In this document: piece by piece, positions 31,801 to 46,100 of the stretch
How positions within the stretch are numbered: position 1 is the first letter of the stretch
Layout: every line of letters begins with the position of its first letter
Assembly: GCA_043228905.1 (NCBI GenBank)
Contig: JBHGNT010000003.1
Coordinates: forward strand, 7,440,001 to 7,504,000
Length of the DNA stretch: 64,000 nt
Direction: 5' to 3'
Origin: Azolla caroliniana
Lineage: Eukaryota; Plantae; Polypodiophyta
The notes under the pieces: model-generated
What the model was told of the DNA's origin: nothing
Databases searched by the model: none
Seen by the model: only the letters and a program-made list of their open reading frames with translations
Position numbers and translations under genes: made by a program

Positions 31801-34800
31801 GATAGCGAGGACGAGAGAGAGAGAGAGAGAGAGGATGATAACAAAGGATATATTATGTGAAGAGTAAGTACAAAAGGGCTATGAGGCTTAAAACTCGCAT
31901 TGAACCAATTTGGTTCAAAATAATTCCTAGTGCCTTCTTCTTTTATAGTGTTCTCAAGAGTAATCCTGAAGCTTCTAGAATGTTCCAGAGAAATCTGGAA
32001 TATACATTAATTTCCTATAATAAAACTTAAATGAAAATAATATCCTACGTATTACAATAGATGGTATAATGGTCAAGAGCTCGACCCATATAACATAAGG
32101 TCATGGGTTCGAGTTTTGCCATATCATGACACTATCTCACCCTTAAGACGACGAGTGGAACGAGTCGGCGTTGATTGCGGACCGGGTTTGTCCGGATACT
32201 TTCGGTGGAACTCTTCAAGAAGATCCTGAGCATTGGCGACATGCTCGACGGGTTCCCAAGTATGTTCGCTCGGACTATACCCGAGCCAATCTACCAAATA
32301 ATAAAGTTTGTTGTGAACGAGTTTGGAACCGAGGATGGTAGCAACTTCATACTCCGGGCCGGCTTCCAACTCAAGCAAGGGTAGCGGTGCTGTAACACGA
32401 TCGAGAATAGTGTTTGCTTTATAAGGTTCAAGAAGAGAGCTATGGAAAACCAGATGTATCGGAAGATGCGGAGGGAGATGAAGGCGGAACATGACATCAT
32501 TAACCTTACTAGTAATACAGAAAGGACCGAGTCGTCGATAATCCAACTTGTCGCACGGTCGAGTAGTCTTGATGTGAAGCCGATGACGATCTGCATAAGT
32601 CTTTTGTGTGTGTTGAGCATGACGAAGATGAGTAGAGAAATCCATTTGGATCTTGCGTAGCCTCTCCAAATGATCCTCGGCACGAGGATTGGTAGGTAGC
32701 TCCGGGGTGTCGATCACCGACCAACAAGGATGAGAACCAATATAAGCGTAAAATGGGGAGACCCGAGTCGAGGAGTGAATAGCATTATTATATGCAAACT
32801 CCGCAAAGTGGAGAATCTCGGCCCAATCGTCCTATTGATAACTCAGAAAACACCGGAGATATTGTTCCAGCGTTTGGTTTGTTCGTTCTGCCTGCCCATC
32901 GGTCTAGGGATGGTAGCCGAAGGAGAGGTTCCAAGAGACCTAGAGCATCTTGAAGAGATGCTGCCAAAATTTGAAGACGAATTGAGGTCCTTGGTCACTG
33001 ATGATACTGTTTGGGAGGCCATGATGCCGAAATACCTCACGCATGACAAGGGCGGCAGTTTCCTCGCTAGTGATGGCCTTAGTACACGGCAGAAAATGTG
33101 CCATCTTAGTATATCGATTGACGACGGTTAAGATAGCATCGAACCCCTTCGAGACCGGCAGATCTGTGATAAAATCATGACAAAGAGACTGCCACGGCTT
33201 ACTTGGAATCGGTAAGGGTTCCAACAAGCCATATGGATGGTGTTGGGGCATCTTTGCTCGGCAGCAAGCATCACAAGTCCGAACGTAGTCGTCGACAAAA
33301 CGGCGCATATGGAGTCACCAAAAAGATCGTTGAACGAGATCCAACGTCTTAGTACTACCAAAATGTCCAGCCGTATGGGTGTCGTGACAATTGTGGACGA
33401 TTTGAAGGCGACAGGAGCAATCGGGGACATATACAAGCTTTTTAAAGAATAACAAACCATCATGATATTCGAATTGTCGGTAGTCCATACCTTGTTGTTG
33501 AGATTGGGAACAGGATGCCCCAAAGGTATCAATGTGCGCCAGAATGTCTTGAGCAAAACTATTTGTCTTCAAGTTCGCACTTATGGCATTGGTAATCCGG
33601 AAATTCATTGGGGTGTGAAAAATCCGTGTTGTGTGCAATCATGTTGGTCCCAAGGTTACTTGCTTTTGATTATCAAATGTTGGATCACCAAGACAAGGTG
33701 CAAGATATGAACGTCGTGATAGCGCATCTACTTTTCCTTGCTGCTTCCCCAGTCAATATGTGATTTTGAAGTCAAAACGCGTGAGGAATTGAGCCCATCG
33801 AGGTTGTCGTCGATTTAGCACCCAAGCATTCTGGAAATAAGCAAGATTTTTGTGATCACTAAAGACGATGACCTGATGTGGAGAGCCCTCTAAGAAATGC
33901 CGCCATTGCACAAAGGAATCCACGATGGCTAATAACTCCTTGTCATGTATTTCGTAGTTGATTTCCGCGGCATCGAATTTGCACGAATGGAAAGCCACAG
34001 GATGTAACTCTTCTTTATCTCCTTATTGAGAAAGGATGCTACCGAGGGCGAAATCTGATGCGTCGGCCTCCGTGATGAATGGTTTGTTTGTATCCACATG
34101 AGCTAGAATAGGAGCTTATGTAAAGGCTTTCTTAAGATGCCGAAAAGCCATGTCTGCTTCATTGGACCAAAGAAATTCTTGTCCCTTCTTCGTAAGTTGT
34201 GTGAGAGGTAAAAGAGTCTTCGAGTAATCCTGTATAAACTTGCGGTAGAAGTTAGAAAAACCTAGAAAATATTGTACATCTCGTACCGACCGTGGAATTT
34301 GCCACTCTGGCACAGTTTGCACTTTAGCTAGATCCATGGAGATGCCCTTTGAGGAGATGATGTAGCCTAGAAATTCCACTTGCTTGCAGTCAAAGCTACA
34401 TTTTTCTAGCTTGGCATAAAGACCATTCTCGCGGAGTCGTTTAAGTACTAATAGTACATGAGAATCGTGCTCTTCCTGGGTCTTCGAATAAATCAATAGA
34501 TGATCCAGATAGATGATCAAACAGATATCCAAGAGGTCTCTGAATATATCATTTTCCATGTGTTGGAAGACCGCGGGTGCATTGGTTAGACCGAACGGCA
34601 TAACAGTATATTCGAAATGCCCATACCGCGTGCGAAAGGCGGTCTTCCATTCATCTCCCAGTCGGATCCGCACGAGTTTATACGCTCCTCGTAGATCGAT
34701 TTTTGTAAAAAACTTGGCACCATTAACTCACTCTAAAAGACTTGATATAAGAGGAAGTGCATACCTATTCCGGATGGTGACTTTATTCAAGCCGTGGTAA

Positions 34801-36880
34801 TCAACGACGAGACGAAGTGAGCCATCATTCTTCTTGACAAAGAATATGGGTGCACCGGCCGGAGATTTCGAATGACGAATAAACCCGCTTACCAAGTTCT
34901 CCTCTATGTAGGCTCGAAGGACTTCTAACTCGGTGGGTGGCAAGTTGTAAATTGGGCCCCATGGTGGCTTTGTTCCTAGTTGTAAATCGATGGGACAATC
35001 ATAGGGACGATGATGAGGAAGAGTATCGGCTTTTACCTTGTCAAATACATCGGCATAAGGATGATATTTTGCCGGAAGTTGCACTAGGGATTCCTTCTTA
35101 ATAGTGTTGCAAGGATGTACTGATATTGTAAATAGGAAATTGCCTCCTTGTGTCCTTCTTCGCGTTGTCGCGTTGTTACGCGCGTGCGTGGAGAAAGGCG
35201 GGACCACGGGGGTCTTGGATTAGGGAGTGACGGAGCGTAGGAAGTCGTGCTTCACTGTTTCCGGCGCATCCCAGAAGCACACCGGAAGCAACCGAAGGGA
35301 GAGAGAGAAAGGGAGGGAGCGCGCGCTTGACACCGACTCACGCACACACACACACACACATAGGCTGACCCGACACACGCCCTTATGTACAGGAAACGCA
35401 GGAAAGGGGAAGCACCCGACACCAATAGAGACGCGAATATACACAGACAGACGCAAATGTATATGTATATAAGGAAGAATACATCCCCAGCTTCGAGCCG
35501 GACTAAGGTAGGTTACAGTAGTCGTCGGCTGCCAAGCCGCCGGTCGGGGAGCTCATGGGCTTGTCGCGCCTAGAGGGGTCTTGCGTAGGAGACGAGCTGA
35601 AGCAAACCCTAAGCGAACACGAAAGGGGAGAAGAAGAAGAAGAAGAAGAAGAAGAAGAAGAAATGTAACTAACCCTAAATCTAACGGTATACCCTCTAAC
35701 GCAAAATGGGCAACCCCTTTCACAAAGGGCGCTCCCTTCCTTTTATAGAACAAGGAGAGGGATGCGTTACAATGTGGGATAAATCCCGGCTTACATGGGA
35801 TCGTCTGTCCCGACTTGACTACTCTTCGGCGCCATAAAGGCGCCCTCGTTATTCGCACTAAATGTACACAGGTGAGCACACATGCTGCACCCCGCAGATG
35901 TAGCCAATGTTTCCCGGTTTCCGCCTCTGGCCGAAATTCTCCACGATAGCGTAATTGATGGAGTGAAATGGTTGAAACTCGATGAGTAGATTCTTGGGGT
36001 TGTCGATATCGGACTTCTCTTGTTCTCCAATCTATTTCTGGATTATGTAATTCAAACCAAGGTAATCCCAGGACAATGGGATGCTCTGGACTACTAATTA
36101 TATTAAATGATACTACACACACAAAACTACCTAGGACAACTTGAATGGGTTCTGACTCTTCTACAATATTCTCGGAAGCAATGGGACAACCATCAATGAC
36201 TACTACAGATGTGGGGCAAGGAAGTTTTCTTAAGGATATCTTAAAGGCTTGGGCAAAATTTCGATCCATGAAACAGGAATTAGCTCTAGAATCTAGAAGT
36301 GCTAGGACGTGTACTGGGGAGTACTTTTAGTACTAACCATTACTTGGGCTAGGAACACATTGCTAACTTGCTTGGAGGCAATGGAACCACTAATGGGCTG
36401 TACAGATCTAGGGTTGTCCAACCAAATGGCTCCTATTTTGGCTGGACTCAATCGTTTAACTATTCATCTAATTGACTAAGGATTTCAAATTTGTTTGAGA
36501 TACTTGGGCTATTAGTACTATTAATACTATCAGACACTCTATTAGTACTATTACTACTATCAAATACTCCTAAGGGAAGAATTGACTCGGGTTTAGTACA
36601 GGCTACGATTTGATTTACCTGTCTTCTTGGCCTATGGGGACAATTGATTGCGATATGCCCTGGTCCACCGCAATAAAGACATAATCGATTTGCACGTGGT
36701 CGTTGGTTTTCTTCTTCCGATAACGGGCCACGTCGACGCATGGTGTCGATCTCCATCGGTGTCAAAGTATTTTCTTGAGGTACGTCGCGTGCAAACGGTT
36801 TAGCTACGACTGAGGCGTAAGTGGGCTCCGGCCTAGAGCGTGGTATTTGTAATTGACGTTCTAAACGCCGTTCGAAAAGG
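31678..36880 (-). mobile_element. Chromoviral Ty3/gypsy element C (Tcn1-like), degenerate and 5'-truncated
   Basis: 3' LTR 31678-32131; chromodomain YLVDWLGYSPSEHTWEP; INT DFITDLP/SDQGPQF; RH NYEIHDKELLAIV; RT EWKTAFRTRYGHFEY; PR; gag CLYCGGPGHIAINC. Confidence 0.9.
35166..35948 (-). repeat. Solo LTR (783 bp) of the element A family
   Basis: TSD GCGT at 35162-35165 and 35949-35952. Both termini match the LTR at 6689/13003. The host pol is collinear with the copy near 55190. Confidence 0.85.
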
Positions 36881-39800
36881 TGGTTGTCGCAAGTATAGTT
36901 CGAGACAGAACTCAAAAGGTGTTATGGTTGTCACAGCAGAAGTATGTGACAAAGATCCTAGAGAGATTTAACATGTTAGATGCAAATTCGGTCGGCTCAG
37001 TGTTGCCGACAAATTGCAGATTGAATGCGAAGCAGTGCCCGAAAGGGGAGAAGGAAAAGGCCGAGATGAGGAAGGTACCATATGCTTGGGCCGTTCGCAA
37101 TCTAATGTATGTTATGGTCTGTACGAGACCAGACATAGCATTTGTTGTAGGAGCAGTTACCGATTCAGACATGTCGAGAGATGTCGACTCGAGCCGATCC
37201 ACGTCAGGGTACGTAATGACCTATGCAGGGGGAGCAGTGTCGTGGCAGTCACGACTGCAGAAGTCAGTAGCTTTGTCGACTACAGAGGCAGAGTATATGG
37301 TTGTGGTAGAGGCTGGTAAAGAGATTATCTAGATGAGAAGTTTTCTCACCGAATTAGGGATGAAACAAAAGGAGTTCTTTCTTCACTATGATAGCGAGAG
37401 TGCCATACATCTTGCCAAGAATGTTGCATACCACTCCCGGACCAAGCATATACAGAGAAGGTATCACTGGTTGCGGGAGAGAGTCAAAGAAGGAGAGTTT
37501 TCCTTGGTGAAGATCCATACTAACGACAATGGATCCGACATGCTGACGATGAACCTACCTATGGATAGACTTAGAGTCTGTCGACAGAAGATAGGACTGA
37601 CTGACTTCCTCCCACAAGAAGGAAGGGGGAGTTTGTTGGGAATATGTCCCTCCAGTGGGAGGAGGAACCGATTGTCCAGAAGTTGCTGACAGTCGATGAC
37701 TACGAGGAGCCAAGAGTCCTACGTGGTTGATACAGTCAAAGGAGTGTTGTAACATTCAGTGTTGTATATCCACTATATATAGTGAAGCTCTGTTCCCGTG
37801 GTTTTCTCCCGTTTTAGGGTTTCCACGATAAATCTCTGTGCACCATTGTTGTCCTTTCTTTTTCTAGCATATCTGTGATTCGTATTTCAGCATAGTTCGT
37901 TGATTGTGATTTGACCGAACGATTTCTCAACACTAGGATGGTGTTGTCTTGATAGGGTTCGAGGAGAGAACTATGAAACACCGGATGTATGCAAAGTTGC
38001 AGGGGTAGATCAAGGCGAAAAGTGACATCATTAATCTTTCCGATAATACAGAAAGGACCTAATCGCCGATAATCTAACTTCTCACATGGGCGAGTAGTCT
38101 TGATGTATCGTCGTAGTAGCCACACCCGATCTCCAATGCTAAAACTGGATGGAAGCCGATGACGATCCGCATAAACCTTGTGTGTTTGTTGAGTTTGTTG
38201 TAGATGAGTAGTTAAATCTGCTTGTATCTTGCGTAACCGCTCTAAACGATCCTCTGCGCAACGATTTGTGGGTAACTCTAGGGTTCAAATACACACCACC
38301 GGGGGTGACAGCCCTTATAAGCATAAAATGGCATACCTTTAGTCGATGAGTGGCCAGAGTTAATATAGGCAAATTTGGCGAAGTGGAGAATATTCGCCCA
38401 ATCATCCTAATGATAGCTTAGAAACCACCAAAGACACTGCTCTAGCGTTTGATTTGTTCGTTCGGCTTGGCCGTCGGTTTGCAAGTGGTAGCCGGAGGAG
38501 AGGTTACAAGTGACCTTGAGCATTTTAAAAAGGTGCTTCCAGAATTTCGAGACAAACTGGGGTCCACGGTCACTGATGATACTATCGGGAAGGCCATGAT
38601 GTCGACATACTTCACGCATGACAATTTCGGCAATTTCTTCACTAGAGATTTCCTTAGTACATGGCAGGAAATGGGCCATCTTCGTATATCGATCTACTAC
38701 TGTTAAAATCGTATTGAATCCCTTAGAGATTGGAAGATCTGTGATGAAATCTAGAGCAATGGATTGCCACAGCTTGCTTGGAATTGGTAATGGTTCTAAT
38801 AAACCATATGGATGATGCCTTGGCATTTTTGCTCTACAACATGTATCACAAGTCCGAACAAAAGCTTCGACAAATTGTTGCATATAAGGCCACTAGAATG
38901 ATCATTGTACTAAATCTAATGTCTTAGTACTACCAAAATGCCCAACTGTATATGTGTCATGACAGTTTTGGACTACTCGAAGGCGGCAAGAACCATTAGG
39001 AACATACAAGATTTTCTTAAAGAATAGTAATCCATCATGACATTCGAATTGTATAGTCCGTACCTGGTTGTTGCGACTGTGAACAAGATGGTCGAGAGGG
39101 ATCAATTTGTGCTACAATGGCTTGGGTGAAAGCATATGTCTTCAAGTCCTCACGTATGGTATCGATAACGTGGGAATCCAAGGGCATGCCGAAGACCTGT
39201 GTTGCTTGCAGTCGTGCCGGTCCCAAGATTACTTGTCTTTGGTTATCAAAAGTTGGCTTGTTGGGACGCGGTGCTAGATACGAACGTCGTGATAATGCAT
39301 CTGCCTTCCCTTGTTGCTTCCCCGGATGATATGTCATTTTGAAGTCGAAACACATGAGGAATTGGGCCCATCAAGCTTGATGTCGATTTAACACACGAGC
39401 ACTCTGAAAGTAGGCAAGGTTTTTGTGATCATTGAATATGGTGACTTGATGAGAGGATCCCTCTAGAAAATGCCTCCATTGCGTAAAAGAGTCCACTATT
39501 GCTAATAGCTCCTTATCATGAATTTCATAGTTGATTTTGGCGGTGTCAAACTTGCGTGAGTGGAAAGCCACAGGATGTAGCTTTTCATCATTACCTTGTT
39601 GTGACAGAATGCTACCCAATGCGAAATCTGACACGTCTACTTCCATGATGAATGGTTTTTCCAGATCAATGTGAACTAGAATAGGAGCCGATGTAAATGC
39701 CTTCTTAAGATTCTCAAAATCCATCTCCGCTTCTTCAGACCAAACGAACGATTTGAAAGGAATACGGTTTCCTAAGCTATGCTCGCCCACAACCGAGACT

Positions 39801-40289
39801 TAACGTGGAAAAACCCAAATCTGGGAAAAAACCATGGCAGCTCCCAGATTGCAAAATATCGCTATATCAAGATTACAACAATGGAGCACAAAGGCAACAA
39901 CCTCTTGCTCCCTCGCTTTGCCACCAGGCAGTTACAATAGAGGCAACAACCTCTTCCTCTCTCTCTCTCTCTCTTTTGTACACAATTACACTCTGAATTA
40001 TCGCCCCAACGATAATAACACAACCAACTCTACATCATACTATTAAGTTTGCCCTAGGTCATATTTATACTAATATGACTTTCGGGCTCTCTGGAACATA
40101 TTTATATATATGTCCCTTCCATTCGATGAGAGGTTCTCACCGGGCCTACAACATCCGGTTCTCACCGGGTCTTCCGTTGTCGGGTACTCCACATCCAGTT
40201 CTCACCGGGTCTTCCGTTGTCGGATACTCCACATCCGGTTCTTCTCATTTCCCATCCAGAGGGACCTGTTTCCTAACAAACTCCCCCTT

Positions 40290-42138
40290 CACTCCGGCAT
40301 GGGATGTCATACTAGTCCGATCTGCTTCCGACATGCATCCAGCTTGTCGGGTATCAGTACTTTGGTCAGCATATTTGACCCGTTCTCGGCCGGGTGGATC
40401 TTCGTCAGTGCAAACTCTCGATTTTCTACTCGCTCCCGGATCCAGTGATACCTATGCTGGATGTGCTTCGTCCTGGAATGGTACGTTACGTTCTTAGCAA
40501 GGTGGATGGCACTTTGACTATCGCAATAGAGCCGGTTTTCATCTTGCCGGATACCGAGCTCTCTGATGAAGTCCTTCATCCATAATATTTCCTTGCCAGT
40601 TTCCACAGCCGCCATGTACTCCGCCTCCGTGGTTGACAACGCAACTATCTTCTGCAGCCTCGATTGCCACGAAACAGCTCCCCCTACATATGTCATTACA
40701 TACCCGGATGTAGACCGGTCGGTATCCACATCAGCCGACATGTCCGAATCGGTAAAACCGTCAAGTTGAGGTTTACCGGAGCCGAATCGGAGACACATAT
40801 TCGAAGTGCCCTTCAGGTACCAGAGTATCCATTTGACCGCGTTCCAGTGTTCCTTGCCAAGATTGCTCATAAACCGGCTCACCACTCCGACTGCGTATCC
40901 AATATCCGATCGAGAACACACCATTGCGAACATTAAGCTCCCGACGGCAGAAGCATATGGAACCTTCATCATATCTGCCTTCTCTGCTTTCGTCTTCGAG
41001 CTTTGCTTACCGGATAATCTGCAGTTTGCCGGGAGTGTCGATCCGACCGGTTTTGCTTCTAACATGTTGAACCGTTGAAGCGCCTTTGTCATGTATTTCT
41101 CCTGTGACAACCACAATTGCTTCTTTGACCGGTCCCGGATGATGTGCATCCCCAGCATCTGTCTTGCTGAACCCAAGTCTTTCATTGCGAAAGTTCGGTT
41201 GAGAGCCTTCTTCAGCATCCGTATTTTGGCTTGGTCCCGTCCGACGATCAACATGTCGTCCACGTACAGAAGGAGTATCAGGAAGTCGCCTCCTTCGAAC
41301 TTCTTCACAAACACGCAGTGATCGGCCTGCGTCTTGTGGTACCCTTGATCGGTCATGGAGTCGAACTTCCGGTACCATTGTCGGGGAGCCTGCTTCAGTC
41401 CGTACAGGCTCTTCTTCAACCAGCAAACCAGGTGCTCCTTCCCTTTCTCCACGAATCCTTCCGGTTGCTGCATGTAGATCTCCTCTTCGAGGTCACCGTG
41501 AAGGAATGTCGTCTTCACATCCAGCTGCTCTACCTCGAGGTCCATGCTTGCCACTATACTCAGCACCGTCCGGATGGAGGTCATCTTTACTACCAGGGCA
41601 AATATCTCGTCGAAGTCCCCGCCCTTCTTCTGCTGGAACCCCTTCACCACGATCCTGGCTTTGTATCTTGGGGGGTTGCCGGCATCTCCCGGTTTCAACT
41701 TGTACACCCACTTGTTTCGGAGTGCCCGCTTTCCTTTCGGCAACTCCACCAGTTCCTACGTATGGTTCCCATGTAGGAAATCCATCTCATCGTGCATGGC
41801 ACTTAACCATTTGCGGCTATGGGCGTCACTTTTAGCTTCCTCGAAGCTTTCTAGCTCCCCCTCATCAGTTAGCAGCACATGCTCTGCATCTGGAAATCTC
41901 TGGGGGGGCCTTCTCTCTTTGAGAGGATATCTCTGCCTTTGGCTTTCAACAACCGGCTCCTCTATTTGTTCTTCATCCGAATCCGATTCGGGATCTTGGC
42001 CGGTTCCGGTTTCACCTATTCCTTCTTCTTCGGCCTGTCTTGTCTCCTTACCATCACGGGCCGGTTCATCGAGTGTTAACCGGTCTCTTGCCGGTTGGGT
42101 CTGCTCATCGTAGAATCGATCCTTACCGGTCAACTCGG
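40290..42138 (-). pseudogene. Copia E RT-RNase H region
   Basis: The 480-aa ORF 40307-41749 is highly similar to the intact copia pol; frameshift near 41755. Confidence 0.9.
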
Positions 42139-42500
42139 AGTTAACACGTTCGCGTTCACAAGTGGAAGGATCGCGCATAAATGGAAGGATAAGGGAAATT
42201 TTAGGGGTTTTTCAATGATTTTACAAAACACATTGATACCAGTATCATACAAGTTCAAACATACTATGAAAAAGGTTAAAAATCCACTATTTTCGTGATT
42301 TAGAAGTAACTAAAAAAAGACGAATTTCAAAAACATACATTCTCAATTTATATCACAAACTTTACAACCAATGTTATTTTATAAGAAACGATTTTTGGGA
42401 AATCATAAGAATTCAAAACACATGATTTTATATTACTCGATTTGTTACAAGCGGAATGTAGTTACACTTAATAGCCAAATAGACATTCATGATCACTCCT

Positions 42501-45279
42501 TTACGGAGAATCACTACTATAACTAATATACAATGACGATTCCTCCTCATCATCCTCGGATGTACCAATCAGTGCATTATCTTCGTCATAAACCAAATGG
42601 TTTGACTCTAGATTATATGTAGCAGATCTCGTTTGCCTTTGACTCGAGCCACCTTGTAGACCTGGTAATTTTTCTTTTATTATATCTATTGTTGACTTCC
42701 TTAATCGTCCGGCTTTTGTAAGTGTGAAGTCGTACACGATGATATCCACATCAGAGATATCAAGGGTCGAGGTGTTACGAATGTTTCGCTTCCTCTTCCT
42801 ACCTCCCCTTCTTGTTTGGCATTCAATCATCTCCAATGTATACTTACCTGTAAAAGCATTTGCACTTCTAGTGTTGTACCAATGAACATTTATAGACTTG
42901 ATCGTGTTTTCTATTTCATGCATTAGCACTTCTAGAATTTTACCAACCCAAAATTGGTGGCCATGTGAGTTCTCATCAGCCGGCGTTGCAATCAACATCC
43001 CCGCGGTGAGCTCTTGCAAATTTCCTTGCCATCTAGCTTCGGCTGCTTTGGTCATCCTTGGTCCCACATAAATGTCTCTTTGTTGTGGATGGACCAAGCT
43101 GTCATTAATCGCATTTACTAGTCGCTCCGGACTTCTATTTACGCGATCATGTTGCAGCGACCATGTGAATGGCGTTTCCAAATTCCAATTATCAACAGAT
43201 ACACAATTGTCTATAATTTCTTTCTGATCACTATAAAATACATCCCACCATGACGTGTCTTGTTGTGCGGCATATTTCTTGGCGGCCTTAATATGTTTTC
43301 TTTTTTCTTCTAAGGCTTGGAGCCATGACCGTTTTTGTTCTAATACCAAGTCGCTCTGCAACTGTCCTTTCTTCTCAATTGGCATTTGCTTAGCTCCATG
43401 GACAATTGTACTCGGCATACAAAGTAATAACTGGCAACCACCTTCAGGTTCCCATGTTGTAGAAGATGAATATTGTTTAGCATACAAAAGTGTAGAACCA
43501 CTTATTCCATTTTTCTTTATCAAAAAAATGTGATTGAAACTTATATTGTTTAACTGAGCAAGCACTTTAACATTCCCACCACCCCCATCTAATATATATC
43601 TCTTAAAGTCATATACCTCCTTCAAGTGTAACACTTTTGGGCGTGGTGTATATGCATCACAAATGACATCAAATAGTTTAGGTAAAGTGAAAGCATCATG
43701 CCGAGACAACTGTCTGGAGAATGTGCTAAACATCTGATCTATATGGTCATGTGTGTGGCCAACCAAAAGGAAATTGACTTTCACTTTCCTAAACAATTCT
43801 AGGTTGACCAACATACTTAGATAGCCAAATACAGTTGAATTTTTGTTCTCTCTAGCAGTATTGTCCAATTGAATGTATAGAACAGGGGGGAAAGGTTGTC
43901 CCCAAGACATCAAAACTCGGTGAATCACTGTAACTGTTAGGTTAGGGTCATTGTGAACATTGGGGTAAGTAATGAAGACGTGAGGTCGAACAGACCTATT
44001 ATAAGCCAAGCATCCCACCAAGTGCATTTGAACAAGGCACTCATCATTGACATCTTTGGGGAGCCTCCGCATATGCGGCAAGCATGTCTTCTTCTGGTCC
44101 ATGCCATCTATCATTAAGCACATGTATTGTTCAGGCCTCTTCAAACACTTCTCTCTATGATGCATCGCCTTCCTTCGTTCTAAGGATTGTGCCTCACGAT
44201 GCTCTTGTAGTAACTTCTTACTCGTATCCTTTTCCATTGATGTCTTTGCACCTTTAGCCAAACTTTTAAGATTTGCACAAATGGAGCAATAACCCATACG
44301 TACTTTACGAGGAATAATAACATTTGAAAACCGAGCTCTCCATAATCTTGTGAATTGGCTATAGGTGATAGACTTATTACGTGAACCCAACATTTCAGAT
44401 CGATAGACATCATAAACTTCCCGACAGGTATAATTATCAGAAAGATGCATCCTACCTGTAGTGGGCATTACTTCACAATTTAACTGAAAGTAAGTTTTCA
44501 TCCAGCCAATAGCTAGTCTTCCAATTGCACCTTTCATACTTGGAACCTCTTTACAATTGAGCATCTGATCCCCGCTAAGTAGACGTTGTTGTACTCTATG
44601 TAGCCGCATGTTACTAACACAACACAATTTTGAATGCAACTCTACATATTTGTTGCGCATGGAAGATATAATACTCGAATGATACTTTGATCCCCGTACA
44701 TTTGTCAGATACTAGTTGCATATGTGATCCGAGGTAAGTGTCTTGCTCATCACGTGTCATCGAAAAATAGTATCGCCTTAATTCTCGCAACTTTGATTTT
44801 CCAATCATAGACATACAACCACGGGCACAACATATTTTGTTGACATCAGATCCAATCTGTTTATCTGATGTCACCAAGCTAAATCTAGCCAGACGAATTC
44901 TTCGTGGGATTCTTCTAATATGCATAGGGCTCCCAGATTTCTCTTCCTGCATAGAGGTTGGTGTAACCTTGTTACAGTCTAATTCTCTGTTCTGACCATC
45001 GCCAATGTTATTCAATGTTTCCTAGGCACTTCCTTCATTCTCGGTATCTTTATTAATATCGTATTCTTCAATAGAGAATTCTTCACATGTGTCATTATTT
45101 ACATTCCCTGTAGATGAGCTCAGACAATATTCTTCGATAGAATATGGTGAGTCGGTCGAAAGACAATATTCTTCAATCGAATATGGTGACTATGTTGACA
45201 AACAATACTCTTCAGTAGAAAACGATGGGTCTGATGACAAACAATATTCTTCAATCGAGAACGGTGAATCTTCACTCAT
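42501..45279 (-). pseudogene. Sola-like DDD transposase with an intact catalytic region and 5' lesions
   Basis: Motifs CSICANL, IDGMDQKKT, LYIQLDNTARENKN, FLLVGHTHDHIDQMFS. Likely ATG at 45279; two in-frame TAGs (about 45190 and 45022) and a frameshift near 44620. Superfamily assignment is from recalled motifs plus the 4-bp TSD. Confidence 0.75.
45118..45272 (-). repeat. Four 39-bp coding tandem repeats (DSPYSIEEYCLST-like) at the transposase N-terminus
   Basis: ACAATAYTCTTC recurs every 39 nt. Confidence 0.85.
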
Positions 45280-46100
45280 GGCTTAAGGTCTAGATAGGGC
45301 TCTCTAAGTTATACTCCTCTCTAACCATATACTCCTCCCTAAACATAAACTTCTCTCTAAACAAAAGCCAAATCAATAGAATGTCTATATTATGTAATAT
45401 TCTATTAATACAATACATCTAAAAATTATTTTTAATAAAGTAATTTAACTTAAATTATCAATCATTATATAAACTAGATCAAAATGATGTTAAATCAAGT
45501 AAAATATAAAACTAATCATTAACAAGCCTTGAATATGTTGGATTAATGTTAAAATCATTGGCTAATTAATGACACCCATTTTGATATAGAACGTCTCACT
45601 CATTGGTTCTTTAATGCTCACCATTTTAAATATTAGACTTATCAATCATTGGTTAATTCATGCCCACATCTTTAATACATAACATTTGAGAGTCATAAAA
45701 ATTGTTGCTTTTAGTAATCAATCATTGGTACATTCATGAACCTCTATCATTGTCTCCTTCATAACCTTTGAAGTGATTGTAGGTTGTTATGAGTATAAAA
45801 GATTGATCAATATGTTAGTTTGACTTTGTAATCATTAATACAATCATAAGTTACTATAGTTAATTTGACTATGGTTACAAACTAACTATCCTCAAAGTTA
45901 CCAACATTGGTTAAGGTGACTATGGTTACTTTAACCATGGGTTCAATCCCTATAAATAGGAAGACCTCATCATATTTCACTCACCAGAGCGTATAGAGCG
46001 TACAGAGCACACAGAACGCAGAGAGCACCAGAGCACACAAAGCACTCAGAGCACAAAGCACGAAAGCGCGATCTCCGCCTCCACTTCAACACGATCAACC
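45280..46100. promoter_or_regulatory. AT-rich divergent intergenic/promoter region; TATA box at 45951-45958 for the plus-strand gene
   Basis: CCCTATAAATAGG about 150 nt before ATG 46101; repeated TCATTGG (reverse CCAAT) motifs at about 45555-45730. Confidence 0.55.

Larger units (their letters stand above)
26776..37932 (+). mobile_element. Degenerate copia element B, interrupted by a chromovirus and partly deleted
   Basis: 5' LTR ends at 28874 with a mutated PBS TAGTATCAGAGC. gag-PR-INT remnants at 28903-31240 and RT/RH remnants at 36890-37625. PPT and an internally deleted 3' LTR at 37634-37932. Confidence 0.8.
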
